Source: a virus
Lineage: Duplodnaviria; Caudoviricetes
Direction: 5' to 3' (one strand)
Virus record (IMG/VR): IMGVR_UViG_3300022183_000017
Span: 1-41,929 of that record
Length of the DNA: 41,929 nucleotides
The notes beneath the pieces were generated by a model that was given only the letters and a program-made list of their open reading frames with translations, had not been told where the DNA came from and did not search any database. Positions 18,962 through 29,600 of the stretch are shown here, piece by piece (the stretch's first letter is position 1; each line of letters begins with the position of its first letter). A program made the translations under genes and the position numbers.

Positions 18962-19188
18962 GCGAAACAATTATTACAATGGCGGACGGTTCTAAGTGGC
19001 GTCCTTCCACGAGCAGAGACGTAGTAAGCTGTGTTTCTTGCGACAACGAGGTGGATACCCCAGAGGAAGTTTTGTCCTATCCAACCGGTAACTGCCCAAA
19101 TTGCGGTAACCCGTGGACTGGAAGTGAAAAAAGAAGTACAATGATTACGGTAACAATGCCTCAAGGGTTATCAGGCGGAGCAGGGTAA
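18958..19188 (+). CDS. Small zinc-ribbon protein
   Basis: CVSC and CPNCG pairs. Confidence 0.7.
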   Translation: MSETIITMADGSKWRPSTSRDVVSCVSCDNEVDTPEEVLSYPTGNCPNCGNPWTGSEKRSTMITVTMPQGLSGGAG

Positions 19189-20969
19189 TGGCGCAAACAG
19201 CATCAAAAGAAGAAGTATTTGAATTTCCTGCCGGGGGTATCGCCGACTTTTATCTTAATGATAATGAGCTTGAGGAGATGAACAGAAAAGACGCTGAACG
19301 GGAGTTTGGCGGGTCTGGTATTGCTAATTTTCAAGACGTAGCCACAAGAATGGCTTCTTATGGTCGTTACGGAGATGACCGCATTGTTCACGCCGAAACC
19401 GGTGAATTGGTTGTTCCAAAAGCTTTGATTGAAGACAACCCGGAATTACGGGATTCGATTTTTAGCCACTTACGGGATATGGGTGTTAAAGACCCTGAGC
19501 GGTATGTGGTTGGTTCTGGCGCAAACTCGCTTAATCCGGAAACGGGCTTGCCTGAGTTTTTTCTTAAAAAGATTTTTAAGAAAGTTACTAGAGCCGTTAA
19601 AAAAATTGGCAAGTCTGTTGTTAAGCTTGTCAAAAAAATTGCTCCGATTGTTATACCGTTTGCTTTGAACGCTTTATTCCCCGGCATGGGCGCTATATAT
19701 CAGGGTGCGTTAGGAGCGGGCATCGGCACGTTGGTACAGGGCGGTGATCTTAAAGATGCCTTTAAGTCTGCCTTGATTGGTGGCGCACTCGGTGGCGCAG
19801 TATCGGGTGTTCAAGGCGCAATGGCTGCCAAAACTGCGGGAACTAGCATGACCCAAGGCGCGTTAGACGGAATTAAAAATGCGGCTAAGTTCTCTAACTT
19901 AACCACCGCTGGTAAGCAGCTTATGACTGGTCAGTTTGGTCAAGCGGGTCTTGATGCCGTGACCATGTCCCCCGAAGCTCTTGGAGCTCCTGTCGCAGCA
20001 ACTTCTCCCGGTGACGTTGTAGCTCAAGCTACAGACTTAGATGCCGCTACAAGAAATCAATTATACGGAGTACAACCTAGACCCGTAGTTCAAGGGGCGG
20101 GGGTTCCCTCTGCCTATGGCCCGGATCCAATGGCTATGGGGTCCACCGGGGGTGTAGGTGATCAGTCTGCTATGTTTACGTCTGGGGTTCCAACACCAGA
20201 CGCCTCTAGCCTAAATATTTCTACTCAAACGACACCTTCCAGTTTCATGGACACCGTTAGTGAATACAGTACAAAGGCGGGAGATCTTCTGACTCGTGGC
20301 GGTCAGACAAGCGAGGCTGTTGCTGGCGCTCAAGCCGCCGCAGAGCAAAAAGCTATTCAAGACACACTGACTAAATACGGCTTTAAAGGAGCTCTTGTGG
20401 ACGCTCCCGCAAAAATAGCCGCAGAAGCAATAGCCCAAGGAAAAGCCGCGGCAGCCGCGGCGGCACCCGGCATGTTAGCGACCTACGGTCCTTCTTTAGC
20501 ATTAGCTGGCACAGCAGCTTATGCTGGCGGTTTCTTTGACACACCAGAAGAAGATCCCGTAGACATTCCGCCAACAGGGGCGGAACTAATTGCGGCCAAT
20601 CCGGAAAAGTATCGCGTACAAAACCTAGCCTCGTATGCTTCTTCTGGCCCAACAGAAGTTGCGTCGCCTTATACAGTTATTCCGGGCCAAGGTGTTTTCA
20701 CTAACCCATTCTTTAGACCGGACTTTAGCGTTAGGCCTGTTCAAAGTGCGGCACAAGGCGGAGAGATCTTCCCGCGGCGTACAGGGGGTATCATGCCTAA
20801 TGAGGGCATTCCGGGACAAGATAGTGTCCGCGCAATGCTTATGCCGGGAGAATTTGTTATGACGACAGATGCTGTTAAAGGGCTTGGTAACGGAAACAAC
20901 CAGCAGGGCATCAATAACATGTATCAGATGATGCGGGGTCTTGAGGCTAAAGGAAAGGCAATGGCGTAA
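19188..20969 (+). CDS. Internal virion / ejection protein with membrane-active segment
   Basis: NPETGLPEFF followed by cationic amphipathic LKKIFKKVTRAVKKIGKSVVKLVKK and Gly-zipper hydrophobic helices; C-terminal DSVRAMLMPGEFV module. Confidence 0.7.
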   Translation: MAQTASKEEVFEFPAGGIADFYLNDNELEEMNRKDAEREFGGSGIANFQDVATRMASYGRYGDDRIVHAETGELVVPKALIEDNPELRDSIFSHLRDMGVKDPERYVVGSGANSLNPETGLPEFFLKKIFKKVTRAVKKIGKSVVKLVKKIAPIVIPFALNALFPGMGAIYQGALGAGIGTLVQGGDLKDAFKSALIGGALGGAVSGVQGAMAAKTAGTSMTQGALDGIKNAAKFSNLTTAGKQLMTGQFGQAGLDAVTMSPEALGAPVAATSPGDVVAQATDLDAATRNQLYGVQPRPVVQGAGVPSAYGPDPMAMGSTGGVGDQSAMFTSGVPTPDASSLNISTQTTPSSFMDTVSEYSTKAGDLLTRGGQTSEAVAGAQAAAEQKAIQDTLTKYGFKGALVDAPAKIAAEAIAQGKAAAAAAAPGMLATYGPSLALAGTAAYAGGFFDTPEEDPVDIPPTGAELIAANPEKYRVQNLASYASSGPTEVASPYTVIPGQGVFTNPFFRPDFSVRPVQSAAQGGEIFPRRTGGIMPNEGIPGQDSVRAMLMPGEFVMTTDAVKGLGNGNNQQGINNMYQMMRGLEAKGKAMA

Positions 20970-22999
20970 TGGCTACAGAAACTCAAATTGTAAGGGAAGC
21001 CCCCGAAATTGAAGCCTATAAATTAGGGCTGCTACAAGATGCTAAAGGGCTCGCCGACCAACCGGTAGGCGTTCCCGTAATTGATCCCGTTACAGGTGAG
21101 CCTGTAATGGAAGAGTACACGGATGCTGACGGAAACACGCAAACACGCCAAAAACTTCAACTGCCCCCGCAACAAATTGCGGGGTTCACGGATCTGCAAA
21201 CTGACGCTTTTACAGCGGCGGGGCAAGCGGGCGGAATTGGCGGTTATAAACCTTTCTTGACTGAAGCTGGCTACAGCATGGGCGATGCCCAACAACAGCT
21301 ACGCGGTGTATATGGGGATGCTTCTCCTTTTATTAGGGGAGCCATGCAAACCGCAGACCCTTATCGTCAGGCTTCTGAGGCCGCACTTTTACAATCTATG
21401 GCAGGTGTCCCCGGAGAAGTTGGTGCCGCGCAACAGGGTATTCAAGACTCATTACAGTATGGACAAGCCGCTACCGGCGGGGCCCTTACCGACATGGATG
21501 CAGCATCTGTCGCGGCCCGCGGTCAAGCCCAACAGGGTATCGGCAGTATTTTGAATGCGGCGGATCTTATTCCGGGTCAAGTACAAACCGGGCAGGCTGG
21601 TATGCAAGCGGCTGGTACGGGAGGTCTTCAGGCTGCGGGCACGGCTGGTCAACAGGCGCAGCAGGCTATTCAGAGTGCTAGAGGAATTACAGGACAAGCT
21701 GGTCAGCAAATTCTAGGCGCAGCGGGAGCCGCGGCCCCCGGAACGCAGGACGCTATCCTTCAGTCTCAGGCCGCAGGTCAGATGGGTGTGGGCGCAGCAC
21801 AACAGGGTATTGCTGGGTTAGCTGGTGGCGCGGCTCAATTCGATCCAAGTACAATCTCTCAATATATGAGTCCTTATGAAGATGCGGCGGTTCAACAGGC
21901 TTTACAAGATATTGCGCGTCAAGGGCAAATTCAGCAGCAGGCTCAAGCGGCTCAGGCGGTAGGTGCGGGCGCGTTTGGCGGCTCACGGGCCGGGGTTCAA
22001 GCTGCGGAAACGGCTAGGGCTCAGCTTGAACAGCAGGGACGCACGGCGGCTCAAATGAGGGCGCAGGGTTATCAGAGTGCGGCGACTCAAGCGCAACAGG
22101 CGTTTGAACAGGCTCGTTCTCGACAGCTTGAGTCTGCCGGTCTTACCGGACAGCTTGGTCAGGCTGGAGCGGGGTCCGCGCTTCAAGCGGCTCAGCAATC
22201 TGGGGCACTCGGTCAGTCTCAAGCGCAGCTTGGTGTGGGAGCCGGTCAGGCGGCTGGTCAATTAGGACTTGCTGCGGAGCAGCTTGCGGCACAAACTGGT
22301 TTACAAACTGGACAGCTTGGTCTTTCTGCTCAGCAGGCGGCTGGTCAATTCGCTGGTCAAGGGGCTGAGTTGGGCCTTACTGGCGCTCAGCAGCAGGCGG
22401 CTTTGGCACAACAGGCCGCGCAGCTTGGCATTTCTACAGAGCAATTAGCGGGGCAACTTGCTCAACAGGGTGGACAACTGGGTCAGTCCCAAGCGCAACT
22501 GGGCCTTTCAGGTGCACAAGCAGGCGGTCAGCTAGGTTTACAAGGCAAGCAGGCAGAGGCTGGTATGGCGGGTCAGCTGGGGGATTTAGGTCTTCAGTAT
22601 GGTCAGTTTGGCCTTCAGACCGGGCAAGCTTTGGGGCAACTTGGCTTGCAAAGCGGGGAGTCTCTAGGTACATTAGGTTTACGCCAAGCTAGTCTTGGTG
22701 AGTTGTCTCAGAATACGGGCCTTAAAGATATCCAGACTCAGTACGAGCTTGGTAAACAGCAGCAGGGTCAGCAGCAAGCCGTTTTGGAAGCTAAACGTCA
22801 GAGCGACATGGCTCAGCTATATGAGCCGTATAACAGGTTATCGTACCTGTCAGACATTTATAAGGGTGCGCCGTCAACGCAACAAACAATTGCTACTTCG
22901 ACCACACCCAACGTATCACCGGCCCAGCAGTTTATGGGTCTAGGCATAGCAGGATTATCAGCAGCAGCAGGCGCAAATAAAGCGGGGTTATTCGGATGA
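20969..22999 (+). CDS. Q/A/G-rich ejection (DNA pilot/tube-like) protein
   Basis: QYMSPY, GAFGGSR motif and a long ~11-residue xxQLG periodic region. Confidence 0.7.
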   Translation: MATETQIVREAPEIEAYKLGLLQDAKGLADQPVGVPVIDPVTGEPVMEEYTDADGNTQTRQKLQLPPQQIAGFTDLQTDAFTAAGQAGGIGGYKPFLTEAGYSMGDAQQQLRGVYGDASPFIRGAMQTADPYRQASEAALLQSMAGVPGEVGAAQQGIQDSLQYGQAATGGALTDMDAASVAARGQAQQGIGSILNAADLIPGQVQTGQAGMQAAGTGGLQAAGTAGQQAQQAIQSARGITGQAGQQILGAAGAAAPGTQDAILQSQAAGQMGVGAAQQGIAGLAGGAAQFDPSTISQYMSPYEDAAVQQALQDIARQGQIQQQAQAAQAVGAGAFGGSRAGVQAAETARAQLEQQGRTAAQMRAQGYQSAATQAQQAFEQARSRQLESAGLTGQLGQAGAGSALQAAQQSGALGQSQAQLGVGAGQAAGQLGLAAEQLAAQTGLQTGQLGLSAQQAAGQFAGQGAELGLTGAQQQAALAQQAAQLGISTEQLAGQLAQQGGQLGQSQAQLGLSGAQAGGQLGLQGKQAEAGMAGQLGDLGLQYGQFGLQTGQALGQLGLQSGESLGTLGLRQASLGELSQNTGLKDIQTQYELGKQQQGQQQAVLEAKRQSDMAQLYEPYNRLSYLSDIYKGAPSTQQTIATSTTPNVSPAQQFMGLGIAGLSAAAGANKAGLFG

Positions 23000-25545
23000 T
23001 GAGCAGAGACATAATGCAAAGACAGATGTTTGCAAAAGGTGGGGCTGCGGGATTCCCTGATTTAAACAACGACGGCGACATTACGCAGGCCGATATCTTG
23101 ATGGGTCGTGGCGTTAAGTTCATGCAAGAGGGCGGTATTGCAGGCATGATGCCTGAAGGTCAGGGTATGGCCCCGCCACCGGCTATGCCTGAAGGTCAGG
23201 CTATGGACCCACAAGTTTTAGAAGGTTTGTTAGGTCAAGCCCAAGCTAATCTTGAAAACATAGATGAAGCCGAAGATTACGAGACAGTAATTAATTCAAT
23301 GCGCGGCGACGACGCCCCTATGGAAGCCCGGTATGCGGAGCTTGCTGAAATTGTTGGCCCTGAAGATGCTCAGCAGACGCCCGAGTCTGTTTTGACGCTT
23401 GTTCAGCCTGCTATTATGATGAACGCCGTGGACCAAGGTATTGGTGGCTTGGCTGCCGAAGAAATGACCGCGCCTATTGATGGAGCGATGGCGCAAGGCA
23501 TCATGTCTACTGTGGCTCCTCCACCACCGCCCGAAATGATGGCGGCACCGCCCGCGGCCCCCGGCCCTATGATGGACCCCGCAATGATGGGAGGGCCCCC
23601 GCCCGTAAATTTTAATCAAGGCGGGCTGGTCCGCCGCGGAGACAACCAGCCAGTCATAATGATGCAGACTGGTGGCGATCCTATTGCAGCAGCGGGGCGT
23701 CTTGGCGAACTGTATGAACAGAAGATGCCTTTGTATACGTCTATTTTGGGTGATCAAAGCGCCTCTCTTGAAGAGCAGAAAAACCTAACTCAAGCGCAAA
23801 TGATGTTTGACATTGCGGGCGCAGCCCTTGCTTATGCAAACCCTACTCAGGCGGAAATTCAAGCGGGCCGTAAGCTGAGCCCAGCAGAGCGTCTGGCGGC
23901 GGCCGTGACGGAAACTAAGCTGCTGCCAACTATTGGAGCAAGAGCTCAACAGCAGCTTGATGCCAAGAAAGCCGTCACCGCCGCAGAGCAGCAGATGAAG
24001 CTGTCTGCGCTGGGTGCTGCCGAAACAGGTTTGGCGGCTGAGTCAACGGCTGCGGCAGCGGAAAGAAAAGCCGCGCTTGAAGCCGGTTATAGAATAAACG
24101 AGATTATGCTAAAACAGACTGGTGATATGGAACTGGCTGAAAGTCAAGCCAACTGGAAAGCCTCTCTTCAAGATGACCAACAGTTAGCCTCAGAGGCTAT
24201 AAAAAGGCTGGAAGGAGATCAGTCAAAAGAGGCCATAAGACTTCGTAAACAACTAGAAAATCAAAACGCCATAGGTCTCCAGCTTTTAAAGGGTGAGCAG
24301 GCGATAGAAGAAATTGGTTTAAAGAGCATGAACGAGATTGCGTCCTTAGACAAAAAACACCTTCAGGCTTTAGCACTTCAAGAAAACAGTCAAAATCTAG
24401 CTCGTGAGATGAAAAACATTGACGTTCAGATGAAGTCTCTTGATCAATCTATCGCTATGTACGATCAAGAGCTAAAAGAAGCAGATATGACGCAACGTGC
24501 GGCTATCGAAGCAAACAAACAAGTGGCTGAACAGAAAAAGATCGAGCTACAGGAAAGAGAAGTAAAGATTAAGGAGGCCGCGGCAGGTCTGGATATCTTT
24601 GGTAAAGGGACCGAAGGATCTATATTAAGACTTGTAAGCGACGAAGCTTTACTTCAACGATATGCCGATGGAAAAACTAACCAAGCCGAAAGCAATATTT
24701 TAGAACAAGCTATAAACCAGTTCACGCAAACGCAAGAGTCCGTAGACCCAGAAACAGGTGCTATAGTAACTAAGCCGGGGGGCACCTTAGTACAATCTGC
24801 ACAGGATGCTATCAAACGCCGTGCAGAACGAGAAGGTAATTTAAGCCTTCCTGCTATTGCTACAGTTCTAACTTCACCAGAAACAATGAGGCAAAGATTA
24901 AACAGTTTACAGTTTAACACCTCTTTGTTCGATGCAGATACCGGTGCGTTAAATCTAGAGTCTGATAGCTGGTCCCAAATTCCTACAACTATTGTAGACA
25001 ACAATATTCGCTATGAGGTAGCCACTGGCCTACCTAGCGGGTTACAGCGGATTGCTAATTACTTTGCCGAGACGGGTCGAGAGATAGGTTTCGGTCGTGG
25101 ATTAAGTGCTCGTGGTAAGGAGTTATCACAAGCAGACGCTGATTTAGATACGCTTCGTAACCGGTTGTTACTAGAAATGACAAACTTGTCTGAAGACAGG
25201 GTGCTTAAATTTGTACAAGAGGATCTGTCTACAGAAACAAATGATCTTCGGGGTAGCTCGTTTAAAACAGATGAACGTATTTATGCAAAGCTATCAGCTT
25301 TGGAAAAAGGTCTAGCTAGACAATTACAGAATCTGGCGGAGATTGTTCCGGAGTATGGTGGAGACGGGCGCAGATACCCGAAGAGTGTAGAGTCTGCTAG
25401 GAAGTCGGCTAACAACATTAAAGGTTTGATTGCTGAGGTTCAAGGCTTTAAGAACATTTATGCAAAGGCGCTTGAAACTCAGAGCTTGGGTTTAAACGAT
25501 CGACAAAGAGCCGCAGCAAGAAACGCATATAAGGCAACGTTTTAG
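22996..25545 (+). CDS. Internal virion protein, coiled-coil
   Basis: M/P/G-rich N-terminus with four [MF]xxGG motifs, a DxNxDG loop, and a long central coiled coil. Confidence 0.7.
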   Translation: MMSRDIMQRQMFAKGGAAGFPDLNNDGDITQADILMGRGVKFMQEGGIAGMMPEGQGMAPPPAMPEGQAMDPQVLEGLLGQAQANLENIDEAEDYETVINSMRGDDAPMEARYAELAEIVGPEDAQQTPESVLTLVQPAIMMNAVDQGIGGLAAEEMTAPIDGAMAQGIMSTVAPPPPPEMMAAPPAAPGPMMDPAMMGGPPPVNFNQGGLVRRGDNQPVIMMQTGGDPIAAAGRLGELYEQKMPLYTSILGDQSASLEEQKNLTQAQMMFDIAGAALAYANPTQAEIQAGRKLSPAERLAAAVTETKLLPTIGARAQQQLDAKKAVTAAEQQMKLSALGAAETGLAAESTAAAAERKAALEAGYRINEIMLKQTGDMELAESQANWKASLQDDQQLASEAIKRLEGDQSKEAIRLRKQLENQNAIGLQLLKGEQAIEEIGLKSMNEIASLDKKHLQALALQENSQNLAREMKNIDVQMKSLDQSIAMYDQELKEADMTQRAAIEANKQVAEQKKIELQEREVKIKEAAAGLDIFGKGTEGSILRLVSDEALLQRYADGKTNQAESNILEQAINQFTQTQESVDPETGAIVTKPGGTLVQSAQDAIKRRAEREGNLSLPAIATVLTSPETMRQRLNSLQFNTSLFDADTGALNLESDSWSQIPTTIVDNNIRYEVATGLPSGLQRIANYFAETGREIGFGRGLSARGKELSQADADLDTLRNRLLLEMTNLSEDRVLKFVQEDLSTETNDLRGSSFKTDERIYAKLSALEKGLARQLQNLAEIVPEYGGDGRRYPKSVESARKSANNIKGLIAEVQGFKNIYAKALETQSLGLNDRQRAAARNAYKATF

Positions 25546-25556
25546 GAGCAACAAAC

Positions 25557-28500
25557 ATGGAAGACGTTACTTTTGCTACTCCTGCGGAAGATGCGGTTAC
25601 AGTCACTGCTGAAGGAACCCCGCGGATTATTATCGACCCTGTTCCTATTCCGCCTTCATACAATTTTACACCGGAACAGTTTAAAGAAGACCTAAACACA
25701 TACGGTCTTCCGAACATGACGGCGGCTATTGTTGATCTCCAGCAAGGCTCTGCTCCAGAGGGTGCCGAATATGATTATGAGTCATTAGTTGACGGCACAG
25801 CGCCTTGGCTAGAAAGATACGGGAAACAATTAGTGCCCGGATATAGGCCCGGAAAAGGTTTAAACGATGAGCAGATTTTAAGCATTTTTACCAATGTTCA
25901 AGATTTTGCGGGCGAAAGCGTTCCTGAAATGGCCGCTTTCTTTGAAGGTGTTAAGAGAACAGCGCCTCGTGCCGGTGGTATGCTTACTGGTGCAATTGCC
26001 GGTGGAAAAACCGCGGCTGCGTTGACCGCCCCTATTCCTCCCGCAGGACCTCCTGCTTTGGTTTTAAAAGGCGGGGCCATTTTGGCGGGGACCGTGTTCG
26101 GGGCCATAATGGGAGACGAAGCCGGGGATCAATTAGCGGAAAATTTTTTTGGCGAGGCCGCCCCTCTAGTACCTTCTTTACAGCCGTACTACAATGCGGC
26201 AGAAACAGGGACATATGGTATATCTATGTTGGCGACTCCTTCGCTTTTACCAAGAAAGGCAGGCGCTACGGGAGCGCTTCGTTTCCTAGATAATTTTCAA
26301 AGAACTGCCAAAGGGACCGCATCGTCTTCTCCTGTGGCTCAGTCTTTGACACAACAGATAGGTAAAGAAGTCCTTTCTCCTAAATCGTTACAAAAAGCTA
26401 TAGACGCCGGAAAACTTGGCCCAAGAAGAGGGCTTTTGGGAAAAGTAACAACGGATTCCACGAAAGGACCGTTAGGTGCCAGAGCGCTAGCCTCTATTGA
26501 TGAGGGGGTTACTAAGTTTGGGGAGTTTGGTCGAACTAGATTTCCAACTTATGCTACCCTAGAAACGCTTGCCGCGGGGGGAGCGGGCACCGCGGCCTAT
26601 GTCGCAGAAGAAATGTATCCGGGAGACGATTTAGTTAGGTTTGGTTTTGAGTTTGCAGGTGCCGGTGCAGTTCCTTTTTCTGTACAGGCCGGTATAAAAT
26701 ATGCTCCTCAACTACTTTTAGGTCCAATCAGGGTAGCTCGTAAGTATTTGACTGGACAAGCCAGAGAGGAATTTGACGCGAAGATATTAAACATTGCGGG
26801 TTCCAGAATATATGACGCGCTTATGGAGGCCCCCAATAAACCCGGATTCGCAGAACTACCTGAATTAAATGATCAGCAATTTGAATTACTGATTAGAGCT
26901 CTTGGAGACAGCCTTGTTGATGAAACGGGCCAACCCTTACGTGATTTTTCAAAAGAAGCTATTAAAAAATCGGATGTGGGGCCCGAGTTTGCTACTGAGT
27001 TTGGCGTGATTAGTGCTCAACTTGCCGCAAAAAATAATCCTTTTTCAAGGGTTGTAAACAGGATTGAACAGGAATTAGAACGCGCAGGTAACGAGCTATC
27101 AGTATCCAGCAAAAAAGGTCGAGAAGCGTATATGCAGGGCGCGAAACGAGTTATTGAAGAAGCTCGTAGAGATGGTAGCACGGAGGCTTTGTCTTTGGCG
27201 GCGGCTCTACAAGAAAACTTATTCAATGTAAATATTACCGACAACTTAAACGCCGCAATATCTAATTTAAACAAGGCGGTTAAACAAGTAACAAAAGGGG
27301 ATCCTACCGTAGATACGGACAGTATGCGGCTGGCCGAAAGAGTTTACGACATAATACAAAATCAGTTTAAAGTGTCTGGGGAGCGGGCGCAACGCCTTTG
27401 GAACAATGTTGATGGAGATGTCGAGATAAGACAGTTCTTTTCACGAGACGGGCAAGAAATAAATAAACCTAACCTCTTGTCTATTTTTGACCAAGATAAC
27501 ATGAAAGGCGGCTTAAAGTTTAAGTCTCAGGCAGCGGAAGACCGTTTTTGGAACTCTATGGGTCGCGGCATGAAAGCAGATTATGACGCTATTCGTAATT
27601 ATTATAAACAAGACGCGGATGCTCCGGAATTAACCGACTTTTTTCAAGAAAGATTTGATGAGCTAAAGACTAGAATAAGTGATTTAAGTGGCCCAGAGCG
27701 GCTTCGTGAAATAAGAGATGCCGCGGAAAGAACAGCAAATGCTGTTTTCCCCCAAAAAATAGAACCCGGAAGTGATCACGGCAATTACATGAAAGCTTTA
27801 GAGCGGCTTTCTGAAAACGTAAGCGGTCCGGAGGTAGAGTTTCCTGTTACAACGGGCCGATTAGTTGAAATGAGATCCATTGCATTGGAAACTGCTCGGG
27901 AGTTAAGACAAAACGGTAAAATACAGACCGCAAAAAATGTGGACTTTTTTGCCGACTCTATCTTAGACGACTTGGTAAACAATCCAAATTTTTCTAACGA
28001 AGCTTACAATGTGGCTAGAGCATACACTAAAGCTCAAAAAGATGTTTTTCTCCGAAGCTTCCTTGGGGACTTGCAACAAACGACCAAAAGAGGCGACCGG
28101 CGTCTGTCTGTGGGTGCTCTTATAGATAAAATAAAAGGTGCAGGAAGTATGCCCGAGTATCAAAGGCTTGTGGAAATCCAAGAAATAGGAAACTTTGCTC
28201 TTAGGCAAAATTTAGAAGGGGCCGGGGACACCGTTTTAACTATTCACGAGTCTTTAGAAAACGTGGTTCGCGATGCTATGAAGCAGGTTGTTGATATCAA
28301 AGAAGTTATCGACCCTGTAACAAATAAACCTATTAGAACGATGCAGGTAAACCCAACTAAATTAGCCAATTACAAAAAACAACCTAACACACAGGAGGTT
28401 TTTCGTGTTTTTCCACAGCTTGCTACAGATTTAGCTAGCGCACAAAAAGCGCAGGATATGTTTGATCAGTTGGGTAGAGATTTAAAAGCCCTGAAACCGA

Positions 28501-29600
28501 CCCCTGAAACTAAAGCTTTTCAAGCGGTGTTACTAAACGAAAGCCCAACAAAGGCCGTCACTACAGCTTTAAACAGCGGTAAGCCAAAAGCCGCTATGGA
28601 TGAGCTTTTGTCTCTAACTAGGACACCAAATGTTATAAATCCTGAAACAGGGGATGTGTTTAGCCCACAGCAGATAGCCGAAGGGCTGCGAATTGCCATT
28701 TTAGATCACGCAACTACGCTATCGGGAAATACTGGTCTTAAATTTGACCCAAAAACAATGTACGACGTGTTGTTTTCTACGGTAAAGGGATCTAGGCCGG
28801 GAGATAACATGAAGTTATCTACCTTTTTGCTAGATAACGAACTTATGACAAAAGAACATTTAAGCTCTATTCAAAAAGCTCTGAAAGAAATGATTAACGT
28901 GGAAGATGCGTTTGCTCGTGGTGATGTTGAAGATGTAATATTCGACAAACCAACGGGGGCCAAGATGTTTCAAACCAGAATGATTGGTGCAACTCTTGGT
29001 CAAGGTGCTCAAAATCAATTTAACAAGATACTCAAAAAATTTAACATTGATATTGGCGGCGGCATTGGCGGCGGCATGGTTGCCGCGCGAGAAGGTTCGC
29101 AACAAGCTCAAAATCTTTTATTTAGAATGCCAGAAGCGGCTCGTATCAGAGCCATGACCGAAATACTAAATAATCCTAGAGCTTTAGCTTTGATGTTGAT
29201 GGAGCAACGCACGTCAGCCCAGCAAAAAAGCGCCACAAACAAAATAAACGAGCTCCTTGTTGGCGGTGGCTTAAACTTTATATCCAGAAGAGCGCCATAT
29301 GCAGAACGGGCAATTTCTGGAGAAATTGAAGAATCCGGAGCAGGGACAACTGAACAACCACCGGTAGGTCCGGTAAGCTCTGTCGCACCAACAGCTATGC
29401 CTGCACCGCAACCAGTTCCGACGCCTGCGGCACAACCCACAACCGCTATGGCGTCGGCTGCTCCTGTCCAACCACAACCCCCTGCGCCTCCTCCCGTGGC
29501 TAGCGGGCCTGTGGACAGGAGCCGTTATGCCGCCCTGTTCCCCGGTGACATTGCATCTAGCATGATCCGTCAGCAGGGTATCGGGAGCCTCATGGGATGA
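25557..29600 (+). CDS. Large internal virion protein (1347 aa)
   Basis: Largest ORF, last of the internal-protein series; Gly-zipper TM-like segment, helical body, Pro-rich linker, terminal YAALFPGD...QGIGSLMG. Confidence 0.7.
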   Translation: MEDVTFATPAEDAVTVTAEGTPRIIIDPVPIPPSYNFTPEQFKEDLNTYGLPNMTAAIVDLQQGSAPEGAEYDYESLVDGTAPWLERYGKQLVPGYRPGKGLNDEQILSIFTNVQDFAGESVPEMAAFFEGVKRTAPRAGGMLTGAIAGGKTAAALTAPIPPAGPPALVLKGGAILAGTVFGAIMGDEAGDQLAENFFGEAAPLVPSLQPYYNAAETGTYGISMLATPSLLPRKAGATGALRFLDNFQRTAKGTASSSPVAQSLTQQIGKEVLSPKSLQKAIDAGKLGPRRGLLGKVTTDSTKGPLGARALASIDEGVTKFGEFGRTRFPTYATLETLAAGGAGTAAYVAEEMYPGDDLVRFGFEFAGAGAVPFSVQAGIKYAPQLLLGPIRVARKYLTGQAREEFDAKILNIAGSRIYDALMEAPNKPGFAELPELNDQQFELLIRALGDSLVDETGQPLRDFSKEAIKKSDVGPEFATEFGVISAQLAAKNNPFSRVVNRIEQELERAGNELSVSSKKGREAYMQGAKRVIEEARRDGSTEALSLAAALQENLFNVNITDNLNAAISNLNKAVKQVTKGDPTVDTDSMRLAERVYDIIQNQFKVSGERAQRLWNNVDGDVEIRQFFSRDGQEINKPNLLSIFDQDNMKGGLKFKSQAAEDRFWNSMGRGMKADYDAIRNYYKQDADAPELTDFFQERFDELKTRISDLSGPERLREIRDAAERTANAVFPQKIEPGSDHGNYMKALERLSENVSGPEVEFPVTTGRLVEMRSIALETARELRQNGKIQTAKNVDFFADSILDDLVNNPNFSNEAYNVARAYTKAQKDVFLRSFLGDLQQTTKRGDRRLSVGALIDKIKGAGSMPEYQRLVEIQEIGNFALRQNLEGAGDTVLTIHESLENVVRDAMKQVVDIKEVIDPVTNKPIRTMQVNPTKLANYKKQPNTQEVFRVFPQLATDLASAQKAQDMFDQLGRDLKALKPTPETKAFQAVLLNESPTKAVTTALNSGKPKAAMDELLSLTRTPNVINPETGDVFSPQQIAEGLRIAILDHATTLSGNTGLKFDPKTMYDVLFSTVKGSRPGDNMKLSTFLLDNELMTKEHLSSIQKALKEMINVEDAFARGDVEDVIFDKPTGAKMFQTRMIGATLGQGAQNQFNKILKKFNIDIGGGIGGGMVAAREGSQQAQNLLFRMPEAARIRAMTEILNNPRALALMLMEQRTSAQQKSATNKINELLVGGGLNFISRRAPYAERAISGEIEESGAGTTEQPPVGPVSSVAPTAMPAPQPVPTPAAQPTTAMASAAPVQPQPPAPPPVASGPVDRSRYAALFPGDIASSMIRQQGIGSLMG

